A stretch of 64,000 bases of DNA from a virus (taxonomy: Duplodnaviria; Heunggongvirae; Uroviricota; Caudoviricetes). The position numbers were made by a program, and so were the translations under genes. Below the pieces are notes generated by a model. It made no database searches. It saw nothing but the letters and a program-made list of their open reading frames with translations, and was not told where the DNA came from. Location of the stretch: the IMG/VR virus record IMGVR_UViG_3300012943_000028, positions 112,642 through 176,641 of that record; one strand, written 5' to 3'. Of this stretch, positions 49,308 through 59,452 are shown in pieces; position 1 is the first letter of the stretch; each line of letters begins with the position of its first letter.

Positions 49308-49315
49308 TATTTATC
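49308..49315 (-). promoter_or_regulatory. late promoter
   Basis: CCTG-ATAAATAC-CAGG on the - strand. Confidence 0.55.
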
Positions 49316-49331
49316 AGGATGAAACGTCAGG

Positions 49332-49658
49332 TTAACCGTTGAGCGTAAGGCTGGAGACTGCCTTGAAGACCATCTCTGAAACGTCTGCGTATGGTACGCT
49401 GCGAGCAACGACCTCCTCACCATCTTGGAGGCACGTGAACCAAAGAACGTCGACTGACGACTTCTTTTCTGGATCGAAGAAGGCTAGCACAACCTGTCGC
49501 TCGTTCATGCTGAGGTATGAATCACCCTCATGTACCTTGAACTTTCGTCCGTACTGCGCGAGAACACCGTCGACGACTGGGAACTGCACGAACACAGCAG
49601 TTCCATCTGGATCATTCTCAATGCGGTAGATTGCAGTGTTGACTTTGACGTTGCTCAT
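49332..49658 (-). CDS. hypothetical protein
   Basis: 108-aa ORF, TGATG coupling. Confidence 0.6.
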   Translation of the reverse strand: MSNVKVNTAIYRIENDPDGTAVFVQFPVVDGVLAQYGRKFKVHEGDSYLSMNERQVVLAFFDPEKKSSVDVLWFTCLQDGEEVVARSVPYADVSEMVFKAVSSLTLNG

Positions 49659-49837
49659 CAGTTTAGCTTTCCTATCTCACTTTCAGGTACGACGTACCAT
49701 CCGCTGAAGTTTGGATTGGTTTCATTTTCTGCGAACCAAAGCTTTGCTTCTGGTTCTGTCTCGAAAATCTGTCTGATGGTGCCCACGCCCTGTTCAGACT
49801 CAACGCCAGCAAGTGGTTGTACCAAGAAGTACCGCAT
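49658..49837 (-). CDS. hypothetical protein (59 aa)
   Basis: Manual translation MRYFLVQPLAGVESEQG...; TGATG-coupled at both ends. Confidence 0.6.
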   Translation of the reverse strand: MRYFLVQPLAGVESEQGVGTIRQIFETEPEAKLWFAENETNPNFSGWYVVPESEIGKLN

Positions 49838-50835
49838 CAGAATGACAGCAGCGCTGCCTTCTTATGCGCTTCCTTCGTCTCTTCCTTAAGTGGCGACCGC
49901 TGTCCAGTCACACTGAACAGGTTTGCGTATGCCTGTGCGTTCTCAGCGATCTGCACGAGGTTGTACTTGCCGCAGAACTTCGTGAAGTGGAAGTGCGAGT
50001 ACTTGCCGTGGTTGACAAGCTCATGGTCGAGCGTGTCGTTGATGATCTTCTTGATGTAGTCAGGCTGGCTTTCGAGGCTCATGAGCAGCATGTTCTCTTC
50101 GAACAGATCACCAACACGGTACTCTGTCTCGGCGCCTGTGTCAGGGTCCTTGAAGCTCCACGTTTCGTTCATGATCTTCGTCAGCTCGTAATCATCCTCA
50201 AGGCACTTCAGCAGGCGCTTCTTGAGAACGCGTGGGTAGGCAGGGAAAACGTTGTCTCCCTTGTCGCCACGCATGGCCTTCTCAAACATGAAGAAGAGAG
50301 CATCATCAACGCCGCAGACGTCGACGAGCGTGCGTGGCTTGCCAGTATCTGGGTTGATCAGCTGGAAGTTGTCGTACTTGAGCAGCTGAACGAAGTCACG
50401 GTCACCTGAGATGCCGATCACCTCATCGCCTGCCTCGCTGAAGCGCTGCACGTAACCAGCGAACACGTCGTCACCCTCAAGAACCGGGTTCGAGAGGCAG
50501 ACGAGAGAGGTGTGGTTACGTACAAGGTCTTCGAACGACTTGATCAGCTCGAAAAACGGAATCATTGAGTCGTCCTTGACTCGGTTTGCCTTGTAACCCC
50601 TCTTCGAGAGGCACTGTGGCGACTTCGTGTAGTCCTTACGCCAGTTCTTTGCACCTTCAAAGGTGAGGGCCACCTGGTCTGGACGGTACTGTTTGAAGTA
50701 CTTGTTGAGGGAGTTCAGCGACATGTGCATGGCAAGGCCAGCACGCTGCTCCGCCGTTCCCTCAGGGCTGTACTTTCCGTGCGCAGCTGCCACACGGAAC
50801 AGAAGGTTGGCGGTATCGACTACCATCCTACGCAT
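49837..50835 (-). CDS. rnh: RNase H / 5'-3' exonuclease (T4 Rnh, FEN family)
   Basis: VVDTAN, NWRK, YKANR, EGDD, SGDRDFVQL and GDKGDNV. Confidence 0.9.
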   Translation of the reverse strand: MRRMVVDTANLLFRVAAAHGKYSPEGTAEQRAGLAMHMSLNSLNKYFKQYRPDQVALTFEGAKNWRKDYTKSPQCLSKRGYKANRVKDDSMIPFFELIKSFEDLVRNHTSLVCLSNPVLEGDDVFAGYVQRFSEAGDEVIGISGDRDFVQLLKYDNFQLINPDTGKPRTLVDVCGVDDALFFMFEKAMRGDKGDNVFPAYPRVLKKRLLKCLEDDYELTKIMNETWSFKDPDTGAETEYRVGDLFEENMLLMSLESQPDYIKKIINDTLDHELVNHGKYSHFHFTKFCGKYNLVQIAENAQAYANLFSVTGQRSPLKEETKEAHKKAALLSF

Positions 50836-51223
50836 ACTTGTGACCCCTATCCGTCAGAGACAGCGTCTCAAAATGTGAAAGCTTCTTGACAAGCTGAGCG
50901 AACAGCTCATGCGCAATCGTCTCATACGTGAAGTGCATCACGTCTTGTGCGTCAAGCATAACGTCATGCTTCGTTCCATTGATGGCGAAGATGAGGCGCA
51001 TCTTGGTGTTCTGGTTAATGGGGTCCCGATACGTGGCGACCTCAAGGACCTTCACTTCGTTGTTCACACCGAAGTTCTTCACGGCAGCAGAAGAGATATT
51101 CTCCTGCGCCTTCTTCTCGACTTCTCCATACAGGCGGGCAGCATCAGCAGCGTCATGTGGCTGCATCTTGAAGTGATTGGTGATGTGTGTGCGCTTGTCG
51201 TGGAAGTGGGTTTGATCGAACAT
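50828..51223 (-). CDS. hypothetical protein
   Basis: 131-aa ORF tiling the operon. Confidence 0.6.
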   Translation of the reverse strand: MFDQTHFHDKRTHITNHFKMQPHDAADAARLYGEVEKKAQENISSAAVKNFGVNNEVKVLEVATYRDPINQNTKMRLIFAINGTKHDVMLDAQDVMHFTYETIAHELFAQLVKKLSHFETLSLTDRGHKYA

Positions 51224-51224
51224 G

Positions 51225-51530
51225 TTAGCCCCTTACGAACTTGTTGGCCTCATGAGTGAGGTTTGGCGTGGCCTCTGGGCTGACAGTGTCATCGCCCATC
51301 AGGTCTTCCGGGATCATGCGGGTTTGGACGAAGAACATCTGCACGGTCTCCTCATCTGTGGTGCCACCCATTCCGAGGGCCTTCAGGTTCTCAATGAACG
51401 CCTTGTTTGCGCTGATTGAAAACTCTACACGACCATCCTTTGACGGACCGGTGGTCTCGAAGCAGGCCCATGGCTGCTTCCTGTTCCACGACATCGCTTC
51501 CTTGAGAGCGATCAGCCAGCTGCGCTTCAT
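51225..51530 (-). CDS. hypothetical protein
   Basis: 101-aa ORF, ATGA overlap. Confidence 0.65.
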   Translation of the reverse strand: MKRSWLIALKEAMSWNRKQPWACFETTGPSKDGRVEFSISANKAFIENLKALGMGGTTDEETVQMFFVQTRMIPEDLMGDDTVSPEATPNLTHEANKFVRG

Positions 51531-51886
51531 ACCTTCACCTTCACGGCGTTCTCGATGGCGCGTGCGATTGCTGGGGTGATCTCATTGCGCACCTGCTCCT
51601 TGTAGAGCTTCTCAAACACAAGGTCAGTGACCATGCTGACGAGAGTCTCTGGATCGGTGGAGTAGTTCACGACAAGCTCTGGGCTGACATCGTAGATGAA
51701 ACCCTGACCGTTGTTCTTGGCGATGCTGATAGCCAGACCATTTCCGCCAGGCATTGGCTTCACGGATACGGCCACGTAGATGCGCCACTTTGCAAGCTCA
51801 CTCGTGAGCTCAGTGAGACGTGCATCTAGCGTCTTCATCTTCTGCATTGTGGAGGTAAGGTCGCTTGCGCGGATGATGTTTTCCAT
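51527..51886 (-). CDS. hypothetical protein
   Basis: 119-aa ORF with GAGGAG upstream. Confidence 0.65.
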   Translation of the reverse strand: MENIIRASDLTSTMQKMKTLDARLTELTSELAKWRIYVAVSVKPMPGGNGLAISIAKNNGQGFIYDVSPELVVNYSTDPETLVSMVTDLVFEKLYKEQVRNEITPAIARAIENAVKVKV

Positions 51887-51887
51887 C

Positions 51888-52610
51888 TTAGTTCTCCTCT
51901 GAGTCCTCGTTGATCTTCGGCATCATAACGACGAGGTGACCATTCACCTCAGCGCTGATGGTTCCAGCGGCGCCAACAACGAGGGAGATGACGTCTGAAT
52001 CGCTGATAGTACGTGTGACCGAGTGAAACACCTCGGCATGGTAGTAGTGGACGACAGTGTCGCCACCTTCGGTAAGTACCTCTACTGGCGTCTCAAGAAC
52101 AGAATCGAAGCGATCGTTCGTGACGTCAGACATGGTGATCTGTGCAGTGCCATCCTTCTTGATGACGAGCGTAAGGGTCTTTCCGCCCATGATCTTGATG
52201 GCATTGAGCAGCAGCTTGAGCTCTTCTCTCGTGATGGAGATTGAGTAGGCTGGAGTATCGTTGATGCTCTTCGGCGCCTTGATGAGGGCCGTTGATGTGC
52301 AGCGAAACTGAACCTTGTTGCGGCCAGCTGAGATGTCGAGCGAGCCGATCTCGCCACGTTCAGTCTCCTTGGCATCGATGATGGCGCCGTCTGTGAACAA
52401 ATCGAGGCGCTGCTTCAGCGAACCAAGGCGGGAGAGACCCATCTTCTGAGGAAGCTTTGGAACGTTCTGGTCAGAAATGATCACGAAGGTGCGCTCTGCG
52501 TTCACGCCTCTTACGATGCCGTCCTCGATGACCAGCGACTCGATGTTACCAACGCTGGCAGTTGCCAGGATGTTCGAGATGTTTGAGATGTCCTGTGTTG
52601 AAAGCTTCAT
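51888..52610 (-). CDS. probable DNA polymerase sliding clamp (gp45-like)
   Basis: 240 aa, MKLS start as in gp45, two-domain alpha/beta pattern, coupled to the polymerase; the call relies on size and context. Confidence 0.55.
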   Translation of the reverse strand: MKLSTQDISNISNILATASVGNIESLVIEDGIVRGVNAERTFVIISDQNVPKLPQKMGLSRLGSLKQRLDLFTDGAIIDAKETERGEIGSLDISAGRNKVQFRCTSTALIKAPKSINDTPAYSISITREELKLLLNAIKIMGGKTLTLVIKKDGTAQITMSDVTNDRFDSVLETPVEVLTEGGDTVVHYYHAEVFHSVTRTISDSDVISLVVGAAGTISAEVNGHLVVMMPKINEDSEEN

Positions 52611-55429
52611 CAAAACTCCAAAATGCTGTTCGTTAGTACTGACTGCGGCGATGGAACGTCCTTACCAATTGCCTTGAAGATACCCTCAAGCTTGTTGTCG
52701 AACATTCTCGTCTCAGTCTTCTTAATGTCAACCGCAAAGTTTTCAGTGAACCACTTTGGGAAGCGCGTGAGTTCTGCAGGGATTGCAACTGCGTCGAAGT
52801 TGTGCTGGTTTGGCTTGATGTAGAACACCAACACCTTGTCACCGGCACGAATCGGCTTTGATCCCTTGTCGAGAGCGTTGATCAGGTTGTTGTAGTTCAA
52901 CGCTGCTCTGACATGTCCTGGGATGGCGAGCTTGCCACCTGAAGAACTACGCATGGTGCCAGGCACGTTGTACTCGGCCTGGAATGACTCAAGGTTATTT
53001 ACCTGCTTGGCAACCCCTAGCAGGAACAGGTTGTCCTTCTTCTTGACAATGTCCTTGCGCTGTGAATTGACGAAGGCTGCGATCTCGTCATACGACTTAC
53101 CATCGAGGATCATGTCGACGGTCGTCTTGATGAAGGTCTGAATGATCTTCGGCGTGTCGGCCTTCTTGATCTCAGAACCCATCGTCTTCAGGTCTTTGCC
53201 AGGTTTCGGCGTGAACCCTTCCTTGTCGACGATCTTCACCATGTACTTCTTCTTGGCCTGGAAGAGACCACGTACACCAACGATCTCTCGACCGGCCGAG
53301 ATGAGGTTGTCAAACTCAGGCTGACAGTTGAAGGCCTCACGCATGAAAGCTGGGAAGCTTTCATTTGCCACGTCGGCGGCAGCATCGGCGATCTTGATGG
53401 CTGACTCCTTGTCAGTTGCGCCGATGCACTTGTAGTAGCACGAGTCGGTGTCGCCGTAGATGATGGCGTCTGAGAACTGCCACCGTCCATCTTCGTCTTG
53501 AAGCGGTCTGTACATGGCGCCACCGTCAATCACTGATGTTGATGGAAGTGTAAGCCACGTGTCAACGAAGTCGTGGTTGGTCTTGACGTATCCTCTGCCG
53601 TTACCAGCAGTTCCAGTGTCGACGCTGAAGCGCTTGTCAAGCTTGTGCTTCTTACCGGTCAAAGACTGACCGATCGTCTCAATCATGTGGGTCGTGATGG
53701 CACGGCCTGTTGCCGTGACCGAGGCGCCCATGCGTTCATCGCCAAAGCGGAACGCAATGTTCAAAAGAGCGCCGTACAGGCTGTTCATGGAAATCTTCTT
53801 GGTGAGCTGAAGAAGGTCGTAATGCTCTTCTTGGCGCTTTGCTTCCTCTTTTTCTGGTCCGTCGGGAAGCTGCTCAACCTTCTTTGCCCACTTCTTTTGT
53901 TCAGCCTGTAGGCGCTTACGCTCAGAGTACCAGTAGCCAAGGATGTCGGCGACGACACCTTTGCCCTTACCCTGGTCGAATACTGTTCCGTAGGCCGAGA
54001 TGGCCCACTTCTGCTCGATCAGCACAGCCTTCCATTCGGAAGCTGTTGCCATGTGCTGCTCACCATTCTCAAGCGTGAGGCAGAGGCGACCAGTTCCGCC
54101 GTCTCTGATTGCACGCCACGCATCTTCACCAGCTTCGAACTGGCCGACGATCATCTCAGGTGAGATGTTGAGGGAGCGGATGGTGTTTGGGTACAGCGAC
54201 TTGATGTCGACAGAACCCAACCACATGTGAAGACCAATGTTCGGGTTGAGAACGATGGCGCCCTCAACCGTATCGTTGTCCTTGATCTTCTTGTCGTGAA
54301 CGATCTTGTTTAGCTTGTAGTGAGCGTGGTTGGCGATGCCAGTCTCCACGTAGCCCACCGTTCCAAGCACCGCATCGAAGTGTACGGTGTTCTCGTGCGC
54401 CATCTGGTTGGCAAGGGCTATGAACTTGAACTTGCTGTCAAGCTGCACGATGCCATCGACGTCACGGAAGTTGTATGCGACAAACGTTGGGAAGTCGTTG
54501 TGGTACAACTGCTCGAGGGAGCCGTCATACTCAAGTTTACCAACACCGACCTCTTCTTGGAGAATGTTGCCAAGAGCGTATGAGACACGTCCTTCGAAGG
54601 TGAATTTCTGGAAAAGGCGCATGTAGTCCAAGTGGCTGCGCCCCGAGAACTTCCACACTGGCTCTTCAGAGCCGTAGCGGTTGACCATCTCCTTCTTGGG
54701 TGGCTTGGTACCGATGTGGTCAAGCTTAGAGAGAAGCGTATCACCGCCAGCCATGATGAGGCGCTCGCAGATGTACGGCATGTCGTAGAACTCTGAGTTC
54801 CAGCCCGAGATGATGTCGGCGTCTGAAACAGCAGCAACAAACTTGTGGAGCAGCTCGATCTCATCTTCACAGATGACGATCTTCGGCATTGCGCCGTCAC
54901 GCAGCAGCTTCTTGCTGATGAGGTCGTTGATCTTAGCCTCGAGGTCCTTGACACTTCCCTTGAACTCTGGCGGTGCAAGCACGTACGTGAGGTACCGCTT
55001 TGTCCACGATTGATAGATCGTGACGGCATTGATTGGAGCGTAGGGGTTCATCGGACCGGCGAAGCCGATCTTCTGCGAGTAGTCGACCTCGATGTCGATA
55101 AACGCGTAGTGAACCAGAGGAGATGGACGATCGTAGTAGTAGTCCATCAGCACTCGCTTTAGCGGTGCGAAGTCAGACTCGAAGCGCTCACCTTCAGGAA
55201 ACATCCGCTTAGCCTGCTCGAACTGATCGCGTGAGTCAAACTCAGCACGGGTCAGCTTGTCGCCGAAAATGGATGTGTACGTGCCTTCCTCGTCCTTGAC
55301 GTAGAAGTAGTACGGTGGGTTGTAGCGGACTCGATGAAGACTTCCGTCTTGATCACGTTCGAGAACGATGATCTTGTCGGCGTTCCAATCGACCCACGCC
55401 GCAACGTAGTTGCGTTTCGTGTCGGTCAT
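52610..55429 (-). CDS. family B DNA polymerase (T4 gp43-like)
   Basis: Exo DIE, WNSEFYD and YNFRD; pol DIKSLYP, KISMNSLYG, YGDTDS and KKKY. Confidence 0.97.
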   Translation of the reverse strand: MTDTKRNYVAAWVDWNADKIIVLERDQDGSLHRVRYNPPYYFYVKDEEGTYTSIFGDKLTRAEFDSRDQFEQAKRMFPEGERFESDFAPLKRVLMDYYYDRPSPLVHYAFIDIEVDYSQKIGFAGPMNPYAPINAVTIYQSWTKRYLTYVLAPPEFKGSVKDLEAKINDLISKKLLRDGAMPKIVICEDEIELLHKFVAAVSDADIISGWNSEFYDMPYICERLIMAGGDTLLSKLDHIGTKPPKKEMVNRYGSEEPVWKFSGRSHLDYMRLFQKFTFEGRVSYALGNILQEEVGVGKLEYDGSLEQLYHNDFPTFVAYNFRDVDGIVQLDSKFKFIALANQMAHENTVHFDAVLGTVGYVETGIANHAHYKLNKIVHDKKIKDNDTVEGAIVLNPNIGLHMWLGSVDIKSLYPNTIRSLNISPEMIVGQFEAGEDAWRAIRDGGTGRLCLTLENGEQHMATASEWKAVLIEQKWAISAYGTVFDQGKGKGVVADILGYWYSERKRLQAEQKKWAKKVEQLPDGPEKEEAKRQEEHYDLLQLTKKISMNSLYGALLNIAFRFGDERMGASVTATGRAITTHMIETIGQSLTGKKHKLDKRFSVDTGTAGNGRGYVKTNHDFVDTWLTLPSTSVIDGGAMYRPLQDEDGRWQFSDAIIYGDTDSCYYKCIGATDKESAIKIADAAADVANESFPAFMREAFNCQPEFDNLISAGREIVGVRGLFQAKKKYMVKIVDKEGFTPKPGKDLKTMGSEIKKADTPKIIQTFIKTTVDMILDGKSYDEIAAFVNSQRKDIVKKKDNLFLLGVAKQVNNLESFQAEYNVPGTMRSSSGGKLAIPGHVRAALNYNNLINALDKGSKPIRAGDKVLVFYIKPNQHNFDAVAIPAELTRFPKWFTENFAVDIKKTETRMFDNKLEGIFKAIGKDVPSPQSVLTNSILEF

Positions 55430-55443
55430 GATTTTCCTCTGGT

Positions 55444-55477
55444 GCGCAGTGCGACTTTACGCCGGTATTTACTGCGC
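55444..55477 (-). promoter_or_regulatory. leader hairpin abutting the polymerase RBS (possible translational operator)
   Basis: GCGCAGT-N20-ACTGCGC immediately 5' of AGAGGA. Confidence 0.4.
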
Positions 55478-55496
55478 CCAGAATCGATGAGTGATC

Positions 55497-55835
55497 TTAC
55501 TCGTCGTCCTTCGAGTGAGTAAGCTGGTTGTCGGTCTGCATGAGCGTCTCGATGACCGTCTCCATCTGCTCAAGCTCTTCACGCTTCTGTTCGAAGTTGT
55601 TGTTGAAGAACAGTGAAACGATTGAGTTGAAGATCTTCGGCTGAATGCCTAGCTCTTCGACGGCGGCATCACGGATGCCCTTGATGGATTCGTTCTCGTC
55701 GAGAATCTTGGTCTTGCAACGTACGGTCTCATCCACGAAGTTCTGCAGCTTGTTACGCTGTGAAGGCACCTTCAGGATTTCGGCGATATCAGTGAACTGC
55801 TTGCGGCCCGGGGCGGCCACTGGGTTCTTCGGCAT
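55497..55835 (-). CDS. dsbA: double-stranded DNA-binding protein (T4 DsbA/GapR-like)
   Basis: IKGIRDAAVEELGIQPKIFN resembles the T4 DsbA core; AGGAG RBS. Confidence 0.75.
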   Translation of the reverse strand: MPKNPVAAPGRKQFTDIAEILKVPSQRNKLQNFVDETVRCKTKILDENESIKGIRDAAVEELGIQPKIFNSIVSLFFNNNFEQKREELEQMETVIETLMQTDNQLTHSKDDE

Positions 55836-55878
55836 TTGAAGCTCTCCTAAGATTTGTTATGTGATAGAGCGTGGGTAG

Positions 55879-55907
55879 ATTATACCACGCGTAGCGCTAG
55901 CGTAAAC
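55879..55907 (-). promoter_or_regulatory. early promoter for the dsbA-polymerase-clamp operon
   Basis: GTTTAC-N17-TATAAT with TG extension. Confidence 0.75.
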
Positions 55908-55912
55908 AGCAA

Positions 55913-56326
55913 TCACTCGTTGACGAGTTCAACCTTGAGCGATGAAACGTCGACTGACGTTTTGATCTGACCTACAATGTGGTACTTGAGGGTTGCCTTC
56001 TTCAGCTCCTCTGAATCAGCGACGTATATGCGCAGGATAGTGTTCTCATCCCATGTTCCAGCGTCTGCGTGCGGCTTGTTGGACGTGTCAAGTACCGGAT
56101 TTATCTTGCTGACTATGACCATGTTCTGATCAGCGGCTTTGCACTCAATGCGAGTGAGGGTTGTCATCAGGCCGCTAAGCGACTTCTCGCAGTCTTCGTA
56201 TGTGTCAAAGAACTTTGACGTGATGATCATCTCACCACAGTTTGGAATCTTCGTTTTGAAGGCACCGGCATGGAGCATGCTTGCTCCCTTGCCGACCTTT
56301 ACGTTGTACGAAAACAGTGGTGACAT
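55913..56326 (-). CDS. hypothetical protein
   Basis: 137-aa ORF, TGATG coupling. Confidence 0.6.
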   Translation of the reverse strand: MSPLFSYNVKVGKGASMLHAGAFKTKIPNCGEMIITSKFFDTYEDCEKSLSGLMTTLTRIECKAADQNMVIVSKINPVLDTSNKPHADAGTWDENTILRIYVADSEELKKATLKYHIVGQIKTSVDVSSLKVELVNE

Positions 56327-56868
56327 CAGTGAACCGTAATTCCTGTTTTTCCTGCTTTTACTGGAGCATCCATACCGATGGTATTTTCCAGCTCCCTGTG
56401 TTTCTCAAGCATGTAGTACTGAGGGTTGACGGCTACTTTGCCCTCAACAAGCATCTCGTTACTTTCAACGGTGTAGCGAGCTTCAACAAAGTCGCCGATT
56501 GGGTCAAAGAGATTCGTGATTGGCACAAATGCCTTTCCAGAACCGTGCATCTGATGGCGTAGCGCTGCTACGGTTTCCATCGTCTCTTCCTCTACCGCCT
56601 TCTGCTCTTCAGTGAGCTCGATGGGCTTGAGAGTCGGGAAGAACTCTGGGTTGTAGCTCATCTCGCGTTGAGCTCCCTCAAGATTTAGGTTCTTGAGAAG
56701 ACTTCCCATCGCATCATTCATACCAGCCATTGCCATCATATCATTAGAGAAATCTGATGAGCTGATAGAAATCGAATCGATTCCATGATCTCCTGGAACA
56801 AGACCTTTAGTCGCCGTTCCTCTAAGCTCGATCATGTAGAAACTTGGTACCATCTTGTCTGCGATCAT
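56326..56868 (-). CDS. hypothetical protein
   Basis: 180-aa ORF, ATGA overlap. Confidence 0.6.
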   Translation of the reverse strand: MIADKMVPSFYMIELRGTATKGLVPGDHGIDSISISSSDFSNDMMAMAGMNDAMGSLLKNLNLEGAQREMSYNPEFFPTLKPIELTEEQKAVEEETMETVAALRHQMHGSGKAFVPITNLFDPIGDFVEARYTVESNEMLVEGKVAVNPQYYMLEKHRELENTIGMDAPVKAGKTGITVH

Positions 56869-58031
56869 ACAGGACCTATAATCTTGCTGCTCACAAGCCT
56901 TGATTCGGGTGTATCATCGGAAACAGAATCATTTGTTGGGAACGTATCAGCCACAACATACGACGAGCTGATCAGCAGTGGTGCGCTGAAAAGCTGGTAT
57001 GGTGGATAGAGTTCAATCGTTGCGCCTGCGGCAAACAGCTCAGTGATCTCGCCAGTTGCCGAGGTCAAAAGGTAATCGTCTGAAAGAGCTTCAACGTCGA
57101 CGCTGAAGTTCAAGTAGCGGTCGGTGTTGCCGTATGGTGGTGCGGCAATCATGAAGCGTGCGTTCGTAATAGCACCAAGAGTTCCAGGCATCAGATCGAT
57201 GTTACCAGCACCATTCTTGATGCTCGTGATCTTGAGCATCGAAGCCGTAGCTAGGTTTGAAACTGACGTGCAGGTGTACAGCCACCACTTCTTGCCGCTG
57301 TTAGAGCGTAGGCTTCCTGTGGCCGGATCATACTCGTCAACCCAACGGATGTTACCCCATGAACCAGCATTTGCAGTTGCGATGAAGGAGTAGTTGGCAG
57401 AGAAGCTAAGCTGCTGTGGAACGGTTGGTGCAACACCAAAGACAGACACAACGACAATGCCTGATGTAATCGGCGTGTTGAGCGTGATGACGTTTGGTGA
57501 AGCAGTGTAGTCGTTTGCGCCTACACCTTGCTGACGTGCAACGCCGTTCACGAGCACATGGATCAAATCGTTGTCAATGGAGTTCTGATCGAAGCGAAGG
57601 TTCTTTCCGGCAGAGTCCTTACCAGAGATGATCGACGTTGTCGTCGTCACATTGTAGACGTACTCTGTTGATGGTACGTCAGCCGACAGGCGCTGCTGAA
57701 GAGCTAGCGTGATCGTGGAGTTTGCTGCAGCATCAGCATCTGAAAGAAGAAGGGCGAGAGTCAGCGCACCACTCGATGAGCACGTGAGTGCCTGCGTCTG
57801 CGGTGCTGGCAGCGCTGGCTGCTGAGAAAGAGTTTGGCCGCGTGGATACCAGTCCGTGAGCCCTGAAACCGGATCGACCGTAGAAGCGCTAAGTGTCTCA
57901 CCAATCTTGTACAGTGAACCAGCGCAGCCCTTTGTAATGGTGCACTGGTTAGGCAGAACACGAACATTGTCTTGAGCGATGTCCTTCGTCCTGCGGCAGA
58001 TTGAACACTGGTAGGTGATGTACGTCGTCAT
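56865..58031 (-). CDS. putative late structural protein with N-terminal Cys cluster
   Basis: CSIC...CTITKGC; VLVNGV...DY beta-rich motif; late promoter upstream. Confidence 0.6.
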   Translation of the reverse strand: MTTYITYQCSICRRTKDIAQDNVRVLPNQCTITKGCAGSLYKIGETLSASTVDPVSGLTDWYPRGQTLSQQPALPAPQTQALTCSSSGALTLALLLSDADAAANSTITLALQQRLSADVPSTEYVYNVTTTTSIISGKDSAGKNLRFDQNSIDNDLIHVLVNGVARQQGVGANDYTASPNVITLNTPITSGIVVVSVFGVAPTVPQQLSFSANYSFIATANAGSWGNIRWVDEYDPATGSLRSNSGKKWWLYTCTSVSNLATASMLKITSIKNGAGNIDLMPGTLGAITNARFMIAAPPYGNTDRYLNFSVDVEALSDDYLLTSATGEITELFAAGATIELYPPYQLFSAPLLISSSYVVADTFPTNDSVSDDTPESRLVSSKIIGPV

Positions 58032-58058
58032 GTTGTTCTTCTGGGATAAGCGCTACTG

Positions 58059-58066
58059 TATTTATG
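58059..58066 (-). promoter_or_regulatory. late promoter
   Basis: CATAAATA upstream of 58031. Confidence 0.55.
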
Positions 58067-58086
58067 GCCAGCGCTCGCGTGGAAAT

Positions 58087-58278
58087 TCAAGGGGCCTGCG
58101 ACTCCACCACGTAGAGCTGCGCAGGATCAACCCACTTCTTCCAATCGAAAGATGGATCAACTGGCGTTATCTCAACTAGGGTCATTTCCTTGGTACGGTT
58201 TCCGGCAAGCTTGAGCACCCTCTTTGCTGTTCTTCCAGTCTGCCGCACCTCTGTGCTGTCATAGACGAAAGTGCTCAT
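58087..58278 (-). CDS. hypothetical protein
   Basis: 63 aa, EVRQTGRTA...WV motif, ATGA overlap. Confidence 0.65.
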   Translation of the reverse strand: MSTFVYDSTEVRQTGRTAKRVLKLAGNRTKEMTLVEITPVDPSFDWKKWVDPAQLYVVESQAP

Positions 58279-58796
58279 GGCTTACCATGCTTCTTGCAGG
58301 ATGCCTGCAGCCACCCGCTGAGATTGACGATGTTGCCCGGTGCACCACACACCTCGCAAGTGAACGTTGAATCAGCTTCGGCCTTTTGAATCAGCGCTCT
58401 GATCTTTTCTCTAGCGACCATATGTTCTGGCGCCACCTCCACCTTTGTCACGAGATCGTCAATAATTGTGGCGTTCGTATAGACTGATGCATAGAAGCGC
58501 AGCGAACCGAGCTTCTGCTTTACCTGCTCAACCTTGACCTTCAAGTTCGAGTTTGCAGCCATCACCATCGTGATGTCACTACAGAGGTTATGAACGAGCA
58601 TCCCCCAGCCAGGCTGAACTGAAACGCCGCATCGCACATTGGAAAGCAGGACAGGATAATCCTTGATGAGGAACTCCTGTGTGAACTCCTCCATAAGTTT
58701 CCAGCGCCGTTCATCTGTGCGGTGAAGGTAGTCTGCCTCAACAGCCGCCACATACTCGGCAAGCTTCTCAGACCATGCGCTGGTGATGCCGCTCAT
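58275..58796 (-). CDS. phage hypothetical protein with C-terminal zinc finger
   Basis: GW...QVKQKLGSLRFY...TCEVCG...C..H. Confidence 0.7.
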   Translation of the reverse strand: MSGITSAWSEKLAEYVAAVEADYLHRTDERRWKLMEEFTQEFLIKDYPVLLSNVRCGVSVQPGWGMLVHNLCSDITMVMAANSNLKVKVEQVKQKLGSLRFYASVYTNATIIDDLVTKVEVAPEHMVAREKIRALIQKAEADSTFTCEVCGAPGNIVNLSGWLQASCKKHGKP

Positions 58797-59452
58797 GGCG
58801 TTGCCATCTCCGCTTCAGCGATGCGTACCATGTGGCGTACCACAGCAGCAGCTTCGAGGGTCTGACGTGCGTCCTGAAGGGCGTTGTGGTCTCCACGGTC
58901 CTCAAACCCACAGCGCTTGAAGAGAAGGTCCGACTTGTAGAGACCGAAGGCAATGAAGCCCATCGGCGAGGTGTCAAGGATGACGTGGTGCAGCTGAATC
59001 CAGCTCTCATGCTTCGGCGGGTTGGCACGTTCCTTGCCGAACTCAATCTCGATAGTGTCAAGAAGCTGAGCAGTGAAGTTGATGTCGAACTCGGCGTTGT
59101 GGCCGAGGAACATAAGTGGAGTTGATGGGCCCCAATACTTGAGGATCAGCTCAGCGAGCTTCATCGCTGCTTCTTCCTGCGTGATACCGTGCTGCTCGAG
59201 GTATTCACGAGACTTGCCGTGAATCTTCTCGGCGCCAACATCCCACTGGTATTTCTCAGCGTTGAACTTGATCTCAACGTAGAGCTCCTCGACTGGTTCG
59301 AACGTTACAGCATCGAACACAATGGCGCCAAACGTTAAACCTTGGTACTTGCGAATGCTTTCAGATACCCGGCCCCAATCTGCGCCTGAGGTTTCCCAGT
59401 CAAGGCAAAGACCGAATTTCTGCTGCGGCTGTTTTGTTGTTCTTAGAGCCAT
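58793..59452 (-). CDS. DEDDh 3'-5' exonuclease (DnaQ-like)
   Basis: LDWETSG, GHNAEFD and HNALQDA; start re-called at ATG 59452. Confidence 0.88.
   Translation of the reverse strand: MALRTTKQPQQKFGLCLDWETSGADWGRVSESIRKYQGLTFGAIVFDAVTFEPVEELYVEIKFNAEKYQWDVGAEKIHGKSREYLEQHGITQEEAAMKLAELILKYWGPSTPLMFLGHNAEFDINFTAQLLDTIEIEFGKERANPPKHESWIQLHHVILDTSPMGFIAFGLYKSDLLFKRCGFEDRGDHNALQDARQTLEAAAVVRHMVRIAEAEMATP

Noticed and set aside
53467-53655. About 60-aa insertion in the DNA polymerase just before YGDTDS, a typical intein site
   Set aside because: Too short, with no N-terminal Cys/Ser block, no C-terminal His-Asn and no LAGLIDADG motif; treated as a surface loop
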